64,000 nucleotides of DNA from Candidatus Bathyarchaeia archaeon. GTDB lineage: Archaea > Thermoproteota > Bathyarchaeia > Bathyarchaeales > Bathycorpusculaceae. This document shows, piece after piece, positions 57,478 through 64,000 of this stretch; positions within the stretch are counted from its first letter, which is position 1, and the number at the start of each line of letters is the position of its first letter. Under the pieces are notes generated by a model that was given only the letters and a program-made list of their open reading frames with translations, was not told the DNA's origin and searched no databases. Position numbers and translations under genes: made by a program. Location: NCBI GenBank assembly GCA_049970895.1, contig JBMFMB010000001.1, forward strand, positions 64,001-128,000, read 5' to 3'.

Positions 57478-59004
57478 TTAGCGTCTTAAACCAGTTATTT
57501 TTTCCCATAAAACCTTATTATGGATGCAGCCGATGTCTGGGGCCTTCACATTTCCGTTAAAATAGCTGTATGCTCTTGCACGGCATCCACCACAGATATA
57601 TTTGTCTGGGCAGACTCCGCAGCCAACCTCTTTCCCGTCCACAAGGTAGGTTTCAAGGTTTTCTCTAACCCTCAGCTGCCATAGAAGTGGGTCGTTGTCC
57701 CATATCTCTTCAAAGTTGTCTCTTAATATGTTGCCCAGAACGGTGTTTTTGTTTGTTGGGAAAAAGACGCATGGTTTTATGTCGCCATTTGGTTCAATAG
57801 CACAGTATAGGCGTCCCGCCCCACATCCGCCGAGGAAGTTTGCGACGTTTTCCACACCCTTTTTTGCTGCGTAGTGGGCTTCAACTATGAACTTGTGTCC
57901 CATTTGCTGTGACAGTTCTTTAGTGACGCTAGCGTATTGTGGGCAGGTGCTGAAAAATCTGTCAACTTTAATGTTTGATTTTCCGGTTTTCATTTCCTCT
58001 TCTTTCGCTTGCAAATATAAAGTGATTATTTCCTTGCCTATAGCGTGTAAAACGTGGAGGCGCTGGTCAGGTGTTAAGTCTAGTTCCACATGCTCCTTAG
58101 CCCTTCCTGTTGGGATGTAATTGAAGTGCATGAAGCGTACGCCCAGTTCCTTGGCCAGCTGTAGGATTTTTTCTGTCTCCGCCAAATTGTCTCTGTGAAG
58201 GACTGTTGCGATGCATGTATCTATGCCCTCTTCAACACAGTTTTTCACGCCTTGAATTGCCCTTTCGAAGGCTCCAGGTATGCCCCTAAACTCGTCATGC
58301 ACTGCTGATGATGCGCCATCTATGCTTATTTCCACATAGTCTACTCCAGCGTCCTTAATCTTCTTTGCATTATCCTTGGTCAACAGTGTTCCATTCGAGG
58401 CTATGCTAATATATGGAATGCGTTTTTTAGCGTATGCTGCCAACTCGAAGAAGTCTTTTCTTGTTAGTGGTTCACCTCCGCTGAAGGATAAGGCTGGCAA
58501 GCCGATTCCAGCTATTTTTGAAAGTATGTCTATGGCTTGTTTCGCTTCGTCTGTTGATAGTTCTGGAAGTTTTCCGACACCGGCATCTTCGTAGCAGTGT
58601 TTGCAGCGTAGATTGCATTTGTATGTGAAGTTCCAGACTATTTCGAAGGGGCCTGCTGGTACGAAGGGTATGCGTATACCATATTTTCTGACGCCTCTCA
58701 TCATTAGGCCGAAGCCCTTGAACCAAGCGCCTCCATACTTGTCTTTTACAAACTGTTTTCTCATGAAATCTTTGTCGGCTTTTAGAAGGCGGCTTCCAAT
58801 TTCATAGAATGGTTTGGCTATGTGACGGTTTACGTGCTGGCATGTGGGGCATAGAGAAACGGGTTCTCCGAGGAAATCTTTAAGGGAGTTTAGGAGTAGG
58901 CTCCCATCTACCGGGCATTCTATGTCAAAGCGGCTGATAAGCTCTTTAAGCATCGGGTTTACGGTAACTGAGAATAGGGCATTTTCAACAGCGTCAATTT
59001 GCAT
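57478..59004 (-). CDS. Radical SAM/SPASM-domain protein (PqqE/NirJ/Ahb-like clade)
   Basis: CNLRCKHC, SGGEP; SPASM CGAG...IKPC...CGVC...CGGCRARA; probable start at 59004. Confidence 0.88.
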   Translation of the reverse strand: MQIDAVENALFSVTVNPMLKELISRFDIECPVDGSLLLNSLKDFLGEPVSLCPTCQHVNRHIAKPFYEIGSRLLKADKDFMRKQFVKDKYGGAWFKGFGLMMRGVRKYGIRIPFVPAGPFEIVWNFTYKCNLRCKHCYEDAGVGKLPELSTDEAKQAIDILSKIAGIGLPALSFSGGEPLTRKDFFELAAYAKKRIPYISIASNGTLLTKDNAKKIKDAGVDYVEISIDGASSAVHDEFRGIPGAFERAIQGVKNCVEEGIDTCIATVLHRDNLAETEKILQLAKELGVRFMHFNYIPTGRAKEHVELDLTPDQRLHVLHAIGKEIITLYLQAKEEEMKTGKSNIKVDRFFSTCPQYASVTKELSQQMGHKFIVEAHYAAKKGVENVANFLGGCGAGRLYCAIEPNGDIKPCVFFPTNKNTVLGNILRDNFEEIWDNDPLLWQLRVRENLETYLVDGKEVGCGVCPDKYICGGCRARAYSYFNGNVKAPDIGCIHNKVLWEKITGLRR

Positions 59005-59341
59005 GGTCTCCCACTTATAAGCTATGTATCCAAGCTTATGCCGCTTATAATTTTTCCCCAGCACACATTTTTGCGTGTATATCAGTCCATGATACATTTC
59101 AGGATCGAAAGAACCAATTTAAAGAAATTTATTAAGAGAAGCTCCGACAGACTTTATAGCATGATATCGTTGAAACAAAATGTGGAACTCGTCCTTCAAT
59201 GCGAAACATTAGCAATAAAATGGCTAAGTAGTATTTTCTGATGAAGAGCCCTTTGATGGACTTTTAAATACAACCTGAAAAAGACATTAACCTTAACATA
59301 TCTTTTAAACCATGTTTTGATGATTAACACACTTATAATTT

Positions 59342-59420
59342 TGGTAGCGGGGGGTCGATTTGAACGACCGATCTCTGGGTTATGAGCCCAGCGGGTTAAT
59401 CCTGGCTACCCCACCCCGCT
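59342..59420 (-). tRNA. Initiator tRNA-Met (CAT), intronless, CCA encoded
   Basis: AGCGGGG/CCCCGCT acceptor stem with A1-U72, anticodon stem CTGGG/CCCAG with three G-C pairs, loop CTCATAA, T-loop TTCAAAT. Confidence 0.97.
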
Positions 59421-59513
59421 ACTTTTATGCTAAAACAAACTCTCTTAAAACCTTTTAGGAAACCGGAAACCTTTATTATGGCAGTATCCCTAATCCGAGA
59501 GTGGACGTCTATC

Positions 59514-60158
59514 ATGGACAAGCCATATTTCCGCCAAATCTTCACTCCAATGCTTGAGAATCCCATTTTTGTTCAGGGACTGCCGGGATTTGGCAATGTT
59601 GGGAAGATTGCAGCTCATCTTCTGATAAAGTTTTGTGGGGCTAAACCCTTTGCAGAATTGTATGCGCCATACTTCCCAGACTATGTTTCCGTCGACTCTG
59701 GCGGTGTTTGCCGCCTACCAAAATACGAGTTTTACGCGGCGCCGATGGAGAAAAATGACTTTATAATATTGACTGGTGATACGCAGCCTTCTTTCGAGGA
59801 TGTGGTTGCCCACTACGAGTTGTGTGGCGAAATACTGGACTTCGCCATCAAACACAGTTGCAGCCTAATCATTACAATTGGTGGAATCCCAACAGCTGAA
59901 AGCACTTCGCAGGTTTATGTGGCTGCCACCTCACCAAGACTCGCCATGGAATTTATGGAGAAGGGCGCCATACTATACAGCAAGGGAAGAATTGCAGGAG
60001 CCACAGGACTTATGCTTGGAATGGCAAAGGAACAAGGCCTAGACGGTGTATGCCTTCTAGGCGCAACAACGGGTTTTAAGGCTGACCGAGGGGCTGGATT
60101 CTCAGTTTTCAAGTTCTTAATGAAAGCCTTAGGAAACGAAGTTAAGGAAGGGTTATAA
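59514..60158 (+). CDS. PAC2-family proteasome assembly chaperone (PbaA/PbaB-like)
   Basis: QGLPGFGNVGKIA, LTGDTQP, ITIGG, IAGATGLMLG, CLLGAT, D..A. Confidence 0.88.
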   Translation: MDKPYFRQIFTPMLENPIFVQGLPGFGNVGKIAAHLLIKFCGAKPFAELYAPYFPDYVSVDSGGVCRLPKYEFYAAPMEKNDFIILTGDTQPSFEDVVAHYELCGEILDFAIKHSCSLIITIGGIPTAESTSQVYVAATSPRLAMEFMEKGAILYSKGRIAGATGLMLGMAKEQGLDGVCLLGATTGFKADRGAGFSVFKFLMKALGNEVKEGL

Positions 60159-60211
60159 GGGAATGCTCCTTTAAATGCTTTATACTTAAGACGGCTGAGG
60201 ACTGATAATGC

Positions 60212-60457
60212 ATGAGCCAAGATAAAAACAAAAGTGAAAAGGAAAAAGCCTTCAGGTTTGATCTAAATACAAGGTTCTGGCGTGTTTCCCTCACATTGCT
60301 TTCCACACTCTTAACCTTCTGCGGACCATACGTGGTTCTTGTGCTCTTTAAAGCCTTAGATTTAAGCTATGCAATCTCAATAGTTTCAGGTTTCATTGTC
60401 TTTTTGGCTGGTTTGGCTCTTATGCTTTTCTTGATTAGGAGGAAGGTGATTTCTTAA
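60212..60457 (+). CDS. Small two-TM membrane protein
   Basis: Two hydrophobic helices; TATA TTTATA at about 60179. Confidence 0.65.
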   Translation: MSQDKNKSEKEKAFRFDLNTRFWRVSLTLLSTLLTFCGPYVVLVLFKALDLSYAISIVSGFIVFLAGLALMLFLIRRKVIS

Positions 60458-60465
60458 AGCGTATT

Positions 60466-60524
60466 GCGCCTCAGATACCCCAGGGAGCATCATCCTTTCA
60501 GCTTTTTAGGCTCTTCATCGGCAG
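60466..60524 (-). ncRNA. Box C/D methylation-guide sRNA
   Basis: Minus strand CCGATGA-agagcctaaaaag-CTGA-aagg-ATGATGC-tccctggggtat-CTGA: boxes C, D', C', D with 13- and 12-nt guides. Confidence 0.8.
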
Positions 60525-60619
60525 TAAAGTATGCTGCGAGAGTTGTTAAAAAAATGTTCGGTTGTAGTTTTCCCGTTACGGAGCAAAGCATATAAAGTAT
60601 GCTTAAAGATATACTAAGT

Positions 60620-61207
60620 ATGCAAGAAGAAAAGGAAGAACGCATAGAGGAAATCCTAAACAAAGAAAAAGGTTCAGCAAAAAGGACGACAATAATCCTT
60701 GAAAAAGAGGAACGAGAATTCATAGACAAACTGATCCGAGAAGGGAAGGAACCTGGAATAAAACCCCTCATTTCAAAAATGCTTGACGTTTATAGAAGCA
60801 TGATGATTTACGATTGGCGCTTTCCAGGCGAATATTATTGTGGAATAAGCCGCATAGCCTTCCTAAACATAGAACTTGTAAACATTCTAATTCAAAACAT
60901 TCCGAAGGAAAAGTGGAGGGAGATCGGGCGAAAGATGGGTGAGGCAGCGAAAGTTTCCATGGAAGCCACATTGGGCATACAAACATCAAATAAGGAAAAA
61001 TGGCCAGAGGTCTTTAAACGCTTGAGGGTTCAAGGCTTCGGAGACTTCTACCAGAAAGATAAATACCTCATGATAAAAGCTCCGTTTATAAGTGAATCTG
61101 AAATTTGGGCTGGCTTTCTAGAAGGCTTACTAAATGCGGAACTAGATGTGAAAACTTTTACTCCTCCTTTTGTTTTTGAGATTAAACAATCCCAATCAAG
61201 CCAATAG
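60620..61207 (+). CDS. Hypothetical regulator: RHH-like N-terminus plus V4R-like C-terminus
   Basis: KRTTIILEKEEREFIDKLI; REIGRKMG...QGFG...GFLEGLL. Confidence 0.5.
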   Translation: MQEEKEERIEEILNKEKGSAKRTTIILEKEEREFIDKLIREGKEPGIKPLISKMLDVYRSMMIYDWRFPGEYYCGISRIAFLNIELVNILIQNIPKEKWREIGRKMGEAAKVSMEATLGIQTSNKEKWPEVFKRLRVQGFGDFYQKDKYLMIKAPFISESEIWAGFLEGLLNAELDVKTFTPPFVFEIKQSQSSQ

Positions 61208-61264
61208 AATATTTGCAGTCCTTGTTAGGAAGGCTTAAATTTTACATTTTTATATTAAAATAGT

Positions 61265-61561
61265 GTGAATACTTTGAAGAAACAGTTTAACGGCCACAGA
61301 ATATGTGATGCTCTAAGCGACCCAACAAGGACGAGAATACTTAGATACCTTTTGCAAGCATACCCCGAAGCCAAAACAATTAATGAAATAGAGAAGGCCC
61401 TTCCAAAACAAGTTTCAGCCACCACAATATCTTTCCACTTGAAAAAGCTCCGCGAGGCTGGATTAATAGTGACTGACGGACATAAAAGGGGGTTTAGAGC
61501 CGCCTATAAAGCGTTAAACATAGGATTTAACAACAATGGCTTCCATGTGGAGGGGAAATAA
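61265..61561 (+). CDS. ArsR/SmtB-family HTH regulator
   Basis: ALSDPTRTRIL...SATTISFHLKKLREAGLI. Confidence 0.88.
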   Translation: MNTLKKQFNGHRICDALSDPTRTRILRYLLQAYPEAKTINEIEKALPKQVSATTISFHLKKLREAGLIVTDGHKRGFRAAYKALNIGFNNNGFHVEGK

Positions 61562-62611
61562 ATGCGAGAGGCTATGCTTTATGAGAAGCTAGAGAATAAG
61601 AAGGTTAAGTGTAATCTATGTGGCAGAAGATGCACAATAAATAACGGTGGAACAGGCTTCTGCCTTGTTAGAAAAAATGACGGGGGCACCCTTTACTCGC
61701 TCGTTTATGGTAAGGCAATATCCGCATGTATAGATCCAATTGGTAAAAAACCCCTTTCGCATTTTCATCCCGGAGCATCCGTCATGTCCATTGCCACTGT
61801 TGGCTGCAACTTCCGCTGCCAATTTTGCGACAATTGGATGATAAGCCAGGAAAAAAAGATTGCTGGAAGAGACTTTCCACCAGAAGAAGTTGTTAAGGCT
61901 ACCAGGGATAACGGGTGCCAAGGAATAAGCTACACATACACCGAACCAACAATATTTTTTGAATACGCATACGATACAGCTAAGCTTGCACATCAACTGG
62001 GATTCTTCAACACCTTCGTTACAAATGGGTATATGACCCCCGAAGCCGTTAAGACGATAGCACCATACCTTGATGCTGCCACAGTGGATTTTAAGGGGGG
62101 AGGTGACCCAGACTTTTATAGGGTCTTTTCTGCCGTTCCATCAGTTGAGCCTATTTACGAGTCTTTAAAGGAGATGAAAAGAAATGGCATTCACATTGAA
62201 ATCACAAATTTGGTTGTGCCGAAAATAGGGGATTCAATAGATAGGATAAGGGAGTTAGCAACTTGGATAAGGGAAAATCTTGGAGAGGACACGCCCCTTC
62301 ACTTGCTGCGTTTCCATCCAGACTATCAGCTTACGAATATTCCTTCAACACCTATTGAAGCTTTGGAGAAGGCTTATGCTGCTGCCAAGAGCGTCGGCTT
62401 AAACTATGTTTATATTGGAAATGTGCCTGGGCATCCAGCTGAAAACACTTATTGCCCAAGCTGTAATGAACTCTTGATTAAACGCTTCAGCTTTGAAATT
62501 ACAAAATGGAATTTAACTAAGGATATGCGCTGTCCCGTTTGTGGGCGGGAAATCCCAATTAAGGGGAAACTCCATGCTAGTGGCTACGCTTACCCCTATG
62601 CGCTCTTCTAA
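61562..62611 (+). CDS. AmmeMemoRadiSam-system radical SAM enzyme
   Basis: CNLCGRRC...GFCLVR, DPIGKKPL, GCNFRCQFCDNW, YTYTEP, RFHP, YIGNV, TYCPSC. Confidence 0.88.
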   Translation: MREAMLYEKLENKKVKCNLCGRRCTINNGGTGFCLVRKNDGGTLYSLVYGKAISACIDPIGKKPLSHFHPGASVMSIATVGCNFRCQFCDNWMISQEKKIAGRDFPPEEVVKATRDNGCQGISYTYTEPTIFFEYAYDTAKLAHQLGFFNTFVTNGYMTPEAVKTIAPYLDAATVDFKGGGDPDFYRVFSAVPSVEPIYESLKEMKRNGIHIEITNLVVPKIGDSIDRIRELATWIRENLGEDTPLHLLRFHPDYQLTNIPSTPIEALEKAYAAAKSVGLNYVYIGNVPGHPAENTYCPSCNELLIKRFSFEITKWNLTKDMRCPVCGREIPIKGKLHASGYAYPYALF

Positions 62612-62653
62612 CACTTTTCTAACACTTTCGCAGTCTAAATTTGGTCGAGTGCG

Positions 62654-63745
62654 ATGTGGAGGATCCTTCGTCCAGACGCTGTAGCCGTGCTGAACGACAA
62701 AATGGCAAGAAAGAGCTTAGCTAGATATTTTGCTGTAATGCAAAACGAGAAGCCGGCAAAGTTTCTGATAGCCAAAAAACTCCCAGCAAACTTTCAGGAG
62801 GACGCCGCATTAGAGGAGCTCTGGCGAATTCACATAGAACTTACGAGACAGTTCTGCGAACTTGAACGAGAAATAGATTTGAAAAGGAAAGATTTAGCGG
62901 AGATGCCGAAGCCAGAAAAATCCTACTTAGACCTCAAAATTGCCATTGCAAAACGCATACTTGAAAATTGCCACTTCTGCGTTCGAAGGTGCAGAGTGAA
63001 TAGGCTTGAGGGTAAATTAGGCTTTTGTAAGTGTGGAGCAGCGATAACTGTTTCAAGCATTTTTGAACACATGGGCGAAGAGCCAGAGCTTGTGCCTTCC
63101 GGAACAATATTCACTATGGGGTGCACAATGCGATGTAAACACTGCCAAAACTGGACAATATCCCAATGGATCGAAAGCGGAGAGCCCTACAAGCCAGAAA
63201 AGTTGGCAGGTGAAGTTGAAGAGCTACGTAGGGGCGGATGTAGAAATGCAAACCTTGTTGGCGGAGAGCCAACACCATGGTTGGAGCAGTGGCTTGAAAC
63301 ATTTAAGCATGTGAATGTGAATATACCTGTTGTTTGGAACTCAAACACCTATTACAGTCAAGAAACAGCCCAGCTTCTAGCGGGTTTTGCGGACGTTTAC
63401 CTCCTCGACTTCAAGTATGGACCGGGAGACTGTGCTGAGAGAATTTCGGAAGCCCCAAACTATTGGAAAGTTTGTACCCAGAACCATTTGACCGCTAAGA
63501 AGTATGGCGAGCTCATAATACGTGTTCTAGTATTGCCTAACCATCTTGAATGTTGTACAAAGCCCATACTGAACTGGATAGCTGAAAATCTCGGTAAAGA
63601 AACAAGGGTGAACGTCATGTTTCAATATAGACCAGAGTGGCGGGCATATGAAATCCCAGAACTGAGGAGAAGGCTAACAAGAGATGAAATGGAAAAGTCG
63701 GTTAAACTCGCGAAGGAAGCGGGATTAGTTAACTTTATAACATGA
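62654..63745 (+). CDS. PflX-like radical SAM protein
   Basis: CHFCVRRCRVNR...GFC, HMGEEP, GCTMRCKHCQNW, VVWNSN, YLLDFKY, MFQYRP. Confidence 0.88.
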   Translation: MWRILRPDAVAVLNDKMARKSLARYFAVMQNEKPAKFLIAKKLPANFQEDAALEELWRIHIELTRQFCELEREIDLKRKDLAEMPKPEKSYLDLKIAIAKRILENCHFCVRRCRVNRLEGKLGFCKCGAAITVSSIFEHMGEEPELVPSGTIFTMGCTMRCKHCQNWTISQWIESGEPYKPEKLAGEVEELRRGGCRNANLVGGEPTPWLEQWLETFKHVNVNIPVVWNSNTYYSQETAQLLAGFADVYLLDFKYGPGDCAERISEAPNYWKVCTQNHLTAKKYGELIIRVLVLPNHLECCTKPILNWIAENLGKETRVNVMFQYRPEWRAYEIPELRRRLTRDEMEKSVKLAKEAGLVNFIT

Positions 63746-63810
63746 GTTTAAGCCTTAATCGAAAGCTATTTCTTAAAGCCCACCCCTTCTTAATGCAGAA
63801 AGTGGTTAGA

Positions 63811-64000
63811 ATGCCATACTGCCCAGAATGCGGTGGAGAAATGCGATATATAATAGCCACCAAACACTATGTCTGCCAAAGCTGCGGACTTTCAGTAACA
63901 CAACAAGAACTCATAGAGTTAAGAGAAAAATTGAAGCCCCCGGTTGAGAGCGAAGAGGACGAGAAGGAAAGGCGAAGAAAGGAATACCTGAAATGGTGGC
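63811..64000 (+). CDS. Zinc-ribbon protein (3'-truncated by window edge)
   Basis: MPYCPECGGEM...YVCQSCGL...EYLKWW, open to the window end. Confidence 0.75.
   Translation, partial: MPYCPECGGEMRYIIATKHYVCQSCGLSVTQQELIELREKLKPPVESEEDEKERRRKEYLKWW

Noticed and set aside
59238-59278. CTGATGA...CTGA resembling a second box C/D RNA
   Set aside because: Only about 30 nt between the boxes, no credible D'/C' pair and no recognisable guide
59005-59341. AT-rich gap next to the tRNA 3' end as a possible integration site or RiPP precursor locus
   Set aside because: No integrase, no duplicated tRNA end seen in the window and no convincing small ORF
1-64000. CRISPR arrays, transposases, prophage genes, rRNA
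   Set aside because: None seen by inspection; no regularly spaced repeats or mobile-element ORFs

Overview
Archaeal chromosomal segment, most consistent with Bathyarchaeia/TACK (inferred from crenarchaeal-type PolB1, Alba, a Cren7-like domain, TackOD1, AglB and frequent TTG/GTG starts). It is mostly housekeeping: tRNA modification (THUMP, Cgi121, Sua5), a histidine-degradation operon (ftcd-hutI-hutU), thermosome, a UbiD-family decarboxylase, DNA repair/replication (Nth, RadB, TopA, PolB1, Nfo), lipid and N-glycosylation genes (carS, aglB, aglH-like), two moeA genes, a type IV pilus operon, an ECF module, aspS, sucCD, TFB, ribosomal proteins, initiator tRNA-Met and three radical SAM genes. A short accessory patch at 28-31 kb holds a VapBC pair and two frameshifted genes. 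Elements missing from the ORF track include eL41 with an apparent ATT start, eL40, a 54-aa zinc ribbon, an 18-aa Lys-rich micro-ORF and a box C/D guide RNA. The strongest candidates for something undescribed are: (1) a pseudoknot-forming, Shine-Dalgarno-sequestering leader upstream of queT (riboswitch-like, preQ1-II architecture); (2) a divergent pair of paralogous coiled-coil proteins, one with a Cren7-like zinc-ribbon head; (3) eukaryote-like OSTC/DC2 and PAC4 homologues; (4) a coupled YqgF-like nuclease plus Clp1/Grc3 kinase. All family calls come from motif recognition by eye, not database searches. Several homopolymer frameshifts may be assembly errors.
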